Shown in pieces: positions 14,740-26,200 of a stretch of 64,000 nucleotides of DNA. Under the pieces are notes generated by a model. The model saw nothing but the letters and a program-made list of their open reading frames with translations, did not search any database and was not told the DNA's origin. Each line of letters opens with the position of its first letter. Within the stretch, counting starts at the first letter, position 1. The translations under genes and the position numbers were made by a program. The stretch covers positions 262,475 through 326,474 of the forward strand of contig NMRA01000490.1 of the NCBI GenBank assembly GCA_002633005.1, written 5' to 3'. This DNA is from Phoronis australis. Taxonomy: Eukaryota; Animalia; Phoronida.

Positions 14740-15538
14740 CAGGTCAATGCCACAAAAATATGAAATAATAGAAAGGAAATAGTTTATTTTCGACACTTGT
14801 AAGAAACAAAAATCATGCGTCACAAGCTCGTATCCTGGGATCCAACTACAAGTCTAGCATAATAAATGGCGTTCGCCATTACGGATTTTACTGGACCTCG
14901 GTGTGACGTCAGGTTTTCAACCTGTTGTGTTTATTCGATAATCTTTACAGATCTATTGCAGGCGTTGCATTATTTTAAACAGTGGAATTGTTTGTGTTCA
15001 CTGCGATGTCAAGTAAGCGATGAATTGCTTATGAGTACAGAGTTCAAGAATGAAGTCGAATACAATTGTAAAACGTGGGTTTTGTAGCTTAGTTGTTAGT
15101 CTGCACTTGTGCTCAAAACATTGATTACGGTAGATCTGTTCGGCTCCGTTAAAAGGGGTTGGCCACTGAGACGAATGAATGTCCGTGCATGAAAGCCTCG
15201 GCGAATGAAAAGCTGACCAACGCTTGAAATTAGAAGCATTGCTGGACTTCCGCGTTTCTGTGTAGGGCCTATATCGATACCGAAGTCCCGAAGACGAGTT
15301 AAAGACATTTATATGGAGACTCAGGTTAGATTATCTTTTCGAATTGTTCNGCACTTTCAAAATTCTTCATGTTACGGGCAAAAGGAAAACGGAAGCGAAG
15401 TTAAAGTACGTGTACAACCGCACAATTTAGGTATTAAACGTCGGTACCACACTTTTCAACATATGTCGACGGAAATCATCTTCAGGGAGATGAAAACGAA
15501 CGTTTTGGAAGTAGGATGAGATGTGTCACAATGAGTTG

Positions 15539-15775
15539 CAGAGGCGGATCTACAGGGGGGGTTCAGGGGGTTTAAACCCCCCCCTCGGGACAGGATCAAA
15601 AATAAAAACTGGAAAAAAAATCGCCAGAAAAACGAAATTAGCTACTAAAAATCCCAAAAAATCTTACACGGGAGGAGGGAAACCCTCTCGCGACCTTCCT
15701 TCTCCTCGGCGCTACGCGCCTCGGATTCTTTCGAATCCTAAACCCCCCCTTACTGAAATCGTAGATCTGCCACTG
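15539..15775. mobile_element. 237-bp hAT-like MITE with 5-bp TSD, present only in copy 2
   Basis: TIRs cagaggcggatctac / gtagatctgccactg (13 of 15 match), AGTTG duplicated on both sides (15534-15538, 15776-15780), empty site tgagctgtaatt in copy 1. Confidence 0.92.
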
Positions 15776-18661
15776 AGTTGTAATTGCGAATGATTCCTTA
15801 GAAATTCCCTTGTTGTAAGAGAAGACAACAGACTATTACTATTCATTAAAGGGAAATCGTCGGAGAAAAAAAAGATTTTCTGTGATCAGGCCTCAGCGCG
15901 GAACCGGAACTTGCAACCCTCGCTGTCGCATTACATTTTAAAACTCCGCTTACAGAGTGAGTCCGACTCGAGAAATGACAGTGTATTTTAAGAGAATTTA
16001 ACTAGTAATGCCTCTGGCCATTATGTCAATGAATGATTGAAAGACTACTGTGAGAACTGGCGATTTGTAATGAAATCACAAAAACGAAACATATTTTGTT
16101 GTTGTATGGCTCTGATCAATGCTAATAACTTCAAGAAGTCTTTATCATCCAACAATTATCTAAAAAAATGCGTTTTACGGCCGTAAAATGGATTGTGTCC
16201 CTTAAGTATTCCAATTAGCCAGTGTTGGATTTTGACCATTTATTGTGTCATTGTAATTAAACAATGTCTGACGGCTTAATACTTCACTTCTGACCTCCGT
16301 TTGAACCTTCTCCCGTCTAGCTCAGGTCAATGCCACAAAAAATATGAAATAATAAAAAGGAAATGGTTTATTTTCGACACTTGTGAGAGACAAAAATCAT
16401 GCGTCACAAGCTCGTATCCTGGGATCCAACTACAAGTCTAGCATAGTAAATGGCGTTCGCCATTACGAATTTTACTGGACCTCGGTGTGACGTCAGGTTT
16501 TCAACCTGTTGTGTTCATTCGATAATCTTTACAGATCTATTGCAGGCGTTGCATTATTTTAAACAGTGGAATTGTTTGTGTTCACTGCGATGTCAAGTAA
16601 GCGATGAATTGCTTATGAGTACAGAGTTCAAGAATGAAGTCGAATACAATTGTAAAACGTGGGTTTTGTAGCTTAGTTGTTAGTCTGCACTTGTGCTCAA
16701 AACATTGATTACGGTAGATCTGTTCGGCTCCGTTAAAAGGGGTTGGCCACTGAAACGAATGAATGTCCGTGCATGAAAGCCTCGGCGAACGAAAAGCTGA
16801 CCAACGCTTGAAATTAGAAGCATTGCTGGACTTCCGCGTTTCTGTGTAGGGCCTATATCGATACCGAAGTCCCGAAGACGAGTTAAAGACATTTATATGG
16901 AGACTCAGGTTAGATTATCTTTTCGAATTGTTCATTTTATCGCTCATCAAGCAGATCCTTCAATGGTAGTTGTAGATAAAGGTAACTATTGTATAAATTC
17001 ACTTAAGTCACTTGTGTTAACAAGATGTGTTAAAGGCCGCCAGTTCGTCGAATTTAAACTTTTAACCAGGTGACCCGTCAATGTGAAACGTAGCTGTAAA
17101 ATCCACGGCGATGATTTCCCAAAACTCTTGTTAAAGGGCCGTGTGGTGTGCACAGTTTGATGACCGTGACAATAAGACTAAAATGATCAACACAACCCGA
17201 CAAGAAATGTGGGAAGATTTATAATTAACCTCACGATTGGGTGTGTTGCACTTGTATCGTAACATAGCTGCTGCTCGTCGTCATCATGAAATTGAAGTGT
17301 TACATGATAAGACATGTAGAATTAACGATCGATGTAGAATCAAGAGAGCGAACTTGCACCCCTACTGGAACTATAGATGGCGCTAGTGAATTGAATCAGA
17401 TTTCATTTAGCTTCCCAGTTGTCACCGGTTACCAAAAAGCGATTTCTAACATGTCCATTGACGTTCTGGGAGGAAATATGTTCGAGTCGATGACTTGCTA
17501 TTATTCTGCAGTCCTACATAGTTGCCGAGCCCAACGTAGTAATCGTGAAGTAGACGTTACGAAACATTGCCTCTAAACTTAACTAGCCCTGCGGGTTCTA
17601 TGACCCGTTATAATTTAACAAGACCATCCAGCTTATTCGGCGCTATGATAACTTATGACCAGACAGTCCCGATTGTCGCGTGGCGCGCGAGTTACACGGG
17701 AAGCCTCGCGTGGTAACAGTGTCGCTATTCATTAATAAGATCTTGTTGATCTAGAGATGACGTCAATATCAGGACAAGCAGTCCGTTCTGTGTTAGTGTG
17801 TATCTGCTCAACCCTCCACTGTTTGTTCATGTTTGGAACAGCAAGCTGCCTACATATTTTGTAAGAACTCGACACTCGTGTACACAAACCAGGCTCACAG
17901 TAAAACCAGTAGCACAGGCTTCAAACACTGATGGCGAGGGTGATTTGGCCACCAATCTGAACCTGAAGTTTTGGGGAAACAAAAGTCCTTTTGCTGAAAT
18001 AATGTATTAAGTTAGCTCTGCAGGGACATGGCTAATTAACAAATAAGTGTCTGACTTCTGTCGGATTCGCACCTTTCCAATGTTTTCGAATAATGTTATT
18101 GTAAAGCCGATATCGCTGCTGACGAAACTTGAGTGCGTCAACGATATAACTGGGATTTTGTTTTGTTTTTGCGTAGGATTTCACTAGTTGTGTGTTTTAT
18201 GCTTCCCCGTTGCTATTTCAACTGGACGAGGCTCTATGCAGGTTTGCTTGCTTGTTTTACGAAAACCACCATTTTTAATAATGGAATAACAGTAAAATAT
18301 CCTCCATTAAAAATAAGATGTTGAAAAAATATGAAAACTTCATAATCTCAAAGCAGCCTGTCACGGTTGTTTTTCGTTTTAAATCCAAGCCTTGTTACAG
18401 CCTATTAATGAACAAGCCTCCTGAGTGAACTCACTGCGGATCTAAGATCTAACGGGTAATGCAACCACGATTTCCGAAAGGAAACTGTTCGCGCTACGCT
18501 ACAAACGGCATGTTGGTGACACGTTTTTCCATGTTTTAATCAGTCGAGTCCGTAGGGGAACCTTAAATTCGTATGTCCGCTGTAGGATGCCCGCGTGATC
18601 TTAAGAAAAGTAACTTGAGTGGTGCAGATAGTACTGTTCATAACTACAACAAAACAAGTAA

Positions 18662-18730
18662 ATATTACGGAGTTATGATATTACGGAATTATGATATTAC
18701 GGAGTTATGATATCATGGAGTTATGATATC
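18662..18730. repeat. 16-bp tandem repeat (atattacggagttatg) x4
   Basis: Direct inspection. Confidence 0.9.
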
Positions 18731-21700
18731 CCAGTAAAATTACTAGATATGTGCCACTTAACATTTTCGATGTTTATTAATGATTATCTCAACATATCAA
18801 TTAAATTTCCAATTTCTATATGGCAAATTGTGAATGTGTTTCTTGTTCGACACAAAGCAATTTAAAAATAATTATATTTCACTGCCAAATGGCTAACAAC
18901 GCCATCTGTCTGCAACAATTTCTATATTGTGGTTTAGTTAATTGCTTAAAAAAGCTCGTGGATTTATGTCTCCTTGCTTTTGTAAAGCAAAAACTGACTG
19001 GGGGACACTAAAATTACTGCTTTTACGAAATGATTTATCAAGGAAGACACGATTGAACGTAGCTAACGTTAAAGGGACACTACACCGTGTCTAAGTCTTT
19101 AAGGCCAAAACTACCTGAACTGGTTGTGACTTTTTAAGGTGTTCTGCGTGAGCTTCTGAGGTGGAGGACAGAGCACATTGGGTGTGCCCAGCATGTTATG
19201 ACGTCGGCTCTGCACCCAGATAACCCAGATAATTGCGATATTGTTAATAGTTCATATTTTTTAAACGGAAACAGTAAGGTGACGCCAACTGTAATGAGTC
19301 AGAATCATTTTTGTACCCTCAGCGTCTCCTGACACCGACTGAAGTTGGTCCTTCTTTTTTCTTTTTATCCAGCGCCACCTGGTGCTAGGGGTGAGGTGCA
19401 GGTATCAAAACGAGTCGGGCTCAGACCAGAAGCAACTGTACTACTTTTTGTCTGATCATCAAAATGTTTCATACAGAATAATGTTCAGTAACCCTCTCCA
19501 ATCAACAATGGTTAGGAGGAAAAATGAAAATTACTTCAAATTTGCGAGATATCTGCAAGCATAAAGACAGCTTTGAGGATTTACTCCTTGACACTGTTGG
19601 CGTGACTAGTATTGGCGGTGGTGTCGATCGGTATTAATGAAGCAACAACATGTCTTATGGAGTCGCGTAACAAATATAATCAAGTTAATTACGTTGCTTC
19701 CACGTACCTGCTGAATCAACGTTGGACCCGCGTGAAAAAGCTCATTGCACACTTTCTCGCGTTGTGACGTTGAAATGGTACTGTTAACTATTCTTCGTGT
19801 GAATGAAAATGTAAAAATGTTTCGCAGCGATTTAGATTCAGTACACGAACAAATTCATTTACGTCAGTTCTGAAGAAGCCTGCTGCGCCACCTCGTGTTT
19901 TCCTGCGTATATGTAAAATTCAATTACTCTGTCTCGCGGGAACTGGTATGTTGCATGCAGGAGTCTAAACGTTTTCTTTGGAAGTGAAAATTTTGGGGTT
20001 CACTTGGTCGATTTGAATATATTTTATTAAAACGAGGTCCTGAATTTTCAAGTTTCCATGTAAGGTTATGTTGAGTGCTACGCCAACAGGTCAAAGTTAT
20101 CCAAATTCACAGTAAGATAAAATATGAATAAAACCGTTGATAAGTCTAAAATATCACCAGCGAGCTCTATTGCGACTGCAAGAAGTGTTCACTTGCTACA
20201 TTTCACTACTCGAATGTTTGTGGCTTTCGCATAATAAACCCAAAACAATGTGAACAATGCTCTGTGCACTTTTTTAAAAGTTTATTTTCGAGAAAATAAT
20301 GTTTTTGCCCTGTAATTGCTCTTTGAACCTATTTATACATTTTGTTGTATACTGCTTTTTCTAGCTGAGCTTTTCTCAATCGATTCCTGCTTTCTTATTA
20401 GAAACTTATATTGTTCTGGGGAATTAGTGTTTAATCACCGCTAATGTATTTTTACAAGCTTTGGTTGACAAACAATAAGCAAAGCCGTATAGGTGAGCAT
20501 TTCTTCCACTTAAGGCGGGTAAGTGCCATTAAAACATTCTATTACAGTGACTTCTATTGAACGAAACATAAGTAACCGCTTGATCGCATTAGCGAAGGTT
20601 TAGCCATTCTTGTACTCGTGGGATCTCGTGGCAGCTTTTCATTTTTAAAGCCTTAGAATTTCTGTTCTAAACACGGTACACAAACACTCGGCCCCTGGCT
20701 TACATTCAAGCTTAGAAGTTGATTGTTGGTTATGAAAATAGTCGGACTTGTAAGCGCTGGTAGTGTATTCAATTCGCCGACAATATACAAAAGACGATAT
20801 ATCCTAAGAATCGCCAATCGCGAATTGATAGTGACTCTCATGGAACTTATATCGCTTGTAGACTGTTGCTTTTATAAGGCATTCACAGCTATAGGGCATA
20901 ACATATGACCTATTGTGAAGTAAACGTTGATTAATGAAGATATTGTTAGTTGTGAACCATTATGGTTTTATACTGCGAACAAATCACATTTACTAGAGAC
21001 CTATTTTGTAACTGAAAGTGTGCTTTTTTAGAGTTCTAACAAACATTGGCGTATAGTTGTACGGTAACATTGCGGCAGCGGAATAACATTGTAACCCGAT
21101 TGGTTGATCGCCACATTTCGATAATCTATAAGGCTTTTGTGTTCTCGTTATTTGAGCAATGGGACTCCGGCGTCGAGCTTGAAGCCGGGTGTTTTAGTGT
21201 TCTCTACTGAGTAAGGCCCGGGACATGTTGATTAGAACAGGAGGCGCGTATCTGGTGCTGTCCGACTGTCTCGGGTTTATTGCGACTGCATTTGCTGCCT
21301 GGCCAAGAAAGTGAAGTTAAACTTGTGCAAGAATCCAGGAACTCGCTCCAGTTCTTTTGCCTATTCATGAACAGCGGAATCGTTTACAGTTCCTAATTAA
21401 ACAAATCGTCTCCAGAGTCGTCGCTGGTTTCCGTTGAGGAAAACCAGGTTACTCGGCGCTTGTAATATACAAAAGAGGATCCACTGGGAACGCGTTAAAA
21501 GACGTTTAATAGGTAGGCCTGTAAGACGCCATTGACCACTTCTCGGAGCAGTTCGATTGTAATTGGCTCGTCCACGCAACTTGAGGAGACTCTGTTATAT
21601 CGATCAAGCGCTACCAGGTTTGGCAAAGTCAAAACAGGTGTAAATTGTACAACTTAAGCGTTCTGGTCGTGCGCGGTCAGTGAGGCCGAATTAACAGGGG

Positions 21701-23034
21701 GCAAGTTATCGACTTCATGGAACTTGCTCAAAGAGCTTCGTTTCGTAGTGAGCAACTGGAATGGTAACTTTTTCGAAGATTTTCGTGCACTTGTCTCACC
21801 TCATTGAGGAAAGGAAATTTGACCGAGTCCTCTGACTGCGATTGTTTTGATTTCAAGTTAACCTCCTTCATTACCGAACAGTCACTGCGACCATGACGGC
21901 GACATCTCGTGCAGTAACTCCTGGTGCAAATTATAGGTAATTGAAATAGTAGAACTCGAATAATACGCTTACGTTTTATGCCACCTATAAATTGCTTAGC
22001 TGCTGACACTGAGTGACACCCCCAAATGAGGAGAAGGCCGTAGTTTGGAGAGGGCCTGCCGCACATGGTTCATGGAGAAACACGGGTACAAACGCTTCCT
22101 TTAATCGAAAACTGGCCCGTAGATTGCCGTTCATGCTGCAAAGAGGATTAACACATTCCGCAGCTGGTCCAGTGTTTATTTTCGATCATCGAAATTGTAC
22201 AGTTTCCACTTGTCATGGGTCCACGTACAGACTGTAACAATACGTGAAGACATCTCCAACTCGGACTCTGAGGTACTGCGATGAATAATAAGCAGGTCTG
22301 ATCGAAGTGTTGACTCTCACCGGACGTTAAAGGTTATTGCAGTGTGGCTATCTTCCTTCTGTACTATCCTGCTTGTCTTCATACCTTCAAGACCATTTCA
22401 ATCACTAAGCGGCTTCATCGGTTGAAATAGTGCATTTCGGGAACGTCTTCCATATACTTTCCGTCAGGTGTCGTGGTTGTTGACGTCTTCCAAGTGGTGG
22501 TAGGCCTACTGTTTCCTTCGTTTAGGCTTACACCTTCTATTGAAAGGATTTTCACAGAGTTATTACTTTCGGAAAGCCAATTTGAACAAGCCATTTTTAG
22601 AAAGTTAATGGGATGTATTTCTTGTCATTCACTGAATTTATCCAAGTCTTCCGAAGAGTGCTTTTGAGGTATTATAGTGATTGTGACGAACAGGAGAGAA
22701 ACATCAAAAAGCTAGAATCACATCTGTGATAAGTTAAACAACTTCTGACACGCAGTGACAACAGATAGCCAAGATTTTCATGCCGCGTTTACTGTATATT
22801 ATGCACTTCGCCAAGTAAGAGTGATTAATTGTCTTCTGCAATTATTAAACTGTCCGTTAGTTCTCGAGAGGCTTCGCTGAGCAAAGCCTTATTTCAATTA
22901 CGTGTTAATCTTCATTGTTGACCTCCATGAATATAGGCAGTCAAGAGACACGATACTAATCTCTTGATTTATGAGTTAAATATCGTACAATAATTGTTAT
23001 ACAACACGACGTGGAGTAATTTCTAAGGTTTAAC

Positions 23035-23223
23035 ATGGCTGCCGGAGTTGCTGCGAATCTCGCCAACAATATTAACAGGCACGACTCGCCCATGATGGGC
23101 AGCCGCGACAGCAAGACACTGTCAAAGCAAGTTTCGGTGCTTGTGGAAGGGAAGAAAATCAAAGTCTCCGATCCCGTGCTCCTTCGAACCAAAACAGTTG
23201 ACGACACTTTCCGTCGCATGGAG
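23035..23223 (+). CDS. Candidate first coding exon (63 aa: [63 protein letters not shown])
   Basis: aacATGG start, GC/CpG-rich coding-like composition, strong phase-0 donor GAG|GTAAGC at 23224, compatible with the phase-0 acceptor at 54655. Confidence 0.75.
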
Positions 23224-26200
23224 GTAAGCCTCGTACGCGATACTGGCAACGAATTGCATTATGGGTGCTTCACTGTAGGCGCCATCTTTGAATAAGTGGT
23301 GTTTATCGCAATGAAACTTCAATTTATTTTTATAACTGCACTATTTATTGGTTTTCAATTTTACGAATTTAACACCAGTTTTTATGTACTGTAAATGTAT
23401 TATTTACAAGATCAAGTTCTCGGTGCTATCGATTCTGGAAATCAATTCTATACAGTTGATAGTGTAGTGAATTGATGCTGTTCTGGGCAAATGTTCAAAA
23501 GATCTACAAGATCGATAAGGTGGTGAACATTTCAAGATTAGCCTTAGCATTGATGTCTCATGGGTGTTTTCACTAATATCAATGGTAGATATCTCAAGAA
23601 CCAATACCTACTACAACTGCTGCATGTTTATTCCCTCGGATGTATGGATATTACCAGACCAACACTTACCTCGTGTTGCCTAAATTGTTTATGAGATATT
23701 GCGCCCTGCGCGTTAATTAGTCAGTGAACGCTCTATTAAAACGTGTCCCGTAGCTGATACTTGTCAGTCAAACTCGTTCTAAGAACAACTCACTAAAACC
23801 TCGGACCACTGATTCACCTCCGGAGCGGGGTTTTTTAGTCCGAGCTAAAACCTGGCGGCAGTTACTTTTCTTTTGGTAACTACATAATGCAACTGATTTT
23901 TTTGCCACTCCTTCTAATAGTTTACCTCACGGTGACCCATGAGTCGGCTTTTCGTTGCACTGAGTTCACTTCAACGATCCTCAACGCAGAATTGCGTGAG
24001 ATTACGAGTTCAATTAGTTTGCTGAAGATTGTTTAGAGAGCGCATTAGCCGCAGGGAACAGTTAAGTGGAACAAAGTTGTTACGTTAACTGCTAGCGGGT
24101 CCTCGCAGCTAATTTCCCACCGCCAAAACTGGCTCCTGCCGCTTCTAGCTTCTCTGAGGAAGCTAATATAGTCAGAAGCCAATGCTCTATTCATTAACAC
24201 TTGCATCGAGTATTAGAGTGGATTAGATTTAATGGCATGCCGAATGTGTCGCCATGACATTTTCAAATAATCTACTCTCGTGTCTTTTATCTGATATCAA
24301 AGACGTGCTGTGTTTCAATGACCGGTAAAATTGAGTCATATTGGTAAGTGCAAAGCGTTTGAATCTGTTTTGGTAAAAAAATGGTGATGATGTTCACGGT
24401 CCCACGATAACCGATAACCCGGGCTGAGCTACGCTGACACAAGCACTGCCTAGCCTGGGTTTCGTGCTTTGCTTGTAATACGTTGCACATGACGATATCT
24501 CCCTAAGGCGTGCTGGGATCTACCAAGTCATCCGAAACACCTCGAGAATTTTTGTAATCTCAAATTGCCCTCGAAAGTAAGTGTTATCTGCACCGGTGCG
24601 AGCTTCAGTCATATTACCAAACATTGTGTCCAGTTAGAAAGTCACATAACGCGATGACTGATGTCCGCACATGCGCAGACAACGTAACTAAAGGAAATAT
24701 GAAGCCACGAAACTGCTCGAGGTGTTCCGAATGCTTTACATTTAACATCCAGAACAGCTCGGGTATCTTCCTAGCCTGAAATGTTAGGCCACGTAGGCCC
24801 TAAATACCCGATTTGTTCCTTGGCCGGATGCAGGCCAGTTATCGAACCTACACCATGTCTTTTTAAATACAGTTACACAGCATATAGTTTTGTAGTCGGT
24901 AAAATGTCGATTTGCTGATGACTGTGTTGGAGTCGATACTCGATCCCGAAATCATGTTACCGATTTCCTGTACGAGAATATTTGAAAATTTCAGACTTAC
25001 TATTCAGTATTTAAATCTAGTTATAGATAGTGATATTCCACGCACATACATTTAACTATGTCTCTTTTATTTTGTGTTGGATATTGTAGTATACGTTGTT
25101 TGGATTAACTGTCGTGTTTACGTCATTAGCGTATGGAAAGCATTGGTTGGCCTTATTATAGAAGATCTATTTTGAGGGAGGAATATATATATAGGGTAAA
25201 TGCACTAATCTTTATCACAGCGTTAAGGTATCGCTGTTCTGTGTTCTGAAAATTTTCCTCTTTGAATAAAACGAGTATTGTTAGCTCATGCATGTGGCTA
25301 GTGGTCAGTGCGGTGCTTTGTAATCCGTTTTTTCAGTTCTCCGGTTCTCTATTGTAAAATTGCGCCTTGGCTTCGCCGCACGGGTACCCGAGACAGTACC
25401 ATGCGATAGCAATCGTGACAGGACTGCCTGCACCCCGGTCCCTCCCCCAACTAACAACTAAAACGAGAACGCAATTGATCAAATAACTCACTCGAAATTA
25501 TACCGAGAAGGCAAAATACTCAGGCACCCGCATTAGAGAGCCCCGCCACTGAACCTGCGTAGGCCTTCATTCCAGCCGTCTTTCGGAAAAAAGCTCCAAC
25601 AAAGACATGTGAAATTGTAAATTGCAATTTTATTAAAAAATGTTTATTCGGTATGTTTAGAATTTGTAATCTACATGTGAACTATTTTTCGTGTATTGGG
25701 ATTTAGCCGATTTTTCAAGTTAGGCCTACTCCCGTCCCAAGGCAGTACCACTCAGGCGCATCTATGGAAACAGTAACGAGCAGCATCTACTGCTGATTTT
25801 TAGGAAAATCGACATTACGTGAGAATGCACAACTTTGTAGCCCTTGCGTTTAGAACCCTATGAATATGCAGCATCGATTACAGCCAATATTGATCTTCCC
25901 CGAGGAAGCAACAACAGCCGGTTTCAGAAGCTCATCCTCAGATTCACGCATGTGTCGCCATCTAACGTCAATGTAAAGTAGCGATAAGCGACCTCCTATC
26001 CAGCATCTTAGATTGTGGACTAAGCTGCAGTGAAAAGATTGCATTGGAAACTGTTATTGAGGTTCATGGGAGAAAATGCCACATACAATGACGATCTATC
26101 CGAAAAATTTCAACGGAACTTCAAATGTTGGTAGGCGTATTAGGCTAACGCTAAGCCCCAAAACGGTAACGCACTGATGCCGACTCTTTAACAATGCTCT

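Larger units (their letters stand above)
13861..16933. repeat. Near-identical tandem duplicate (13861..15349 and 15352..16933) joined at a single N (15350)
   Basis: Both copies start cactttcaaaattcttcatg and end ttttcgaattgttc, with scattered substitutions, small indels and one private insertion each. Confidence 0.95.

Noticed and set aside
15521-15793. 90-aa ORF
   Set aside because: Lies almost wholly in the non-coding MITE.
14866-16892. Duplicated ORF pairs (73 aa and 70 aa) as paralogous genes
   Set aside because: A by-product of the N-joined duplicate; no recognisable protein features.
21243-21264. REST/RE1-like site
   Set aside because: Only half-site matches with wrong spacing.
25290-25350. 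tRNA gene or tRNA-derived SINE head
   Set aside because: A-box-like motif is present, but there is no cloverleaf and no proper B box.
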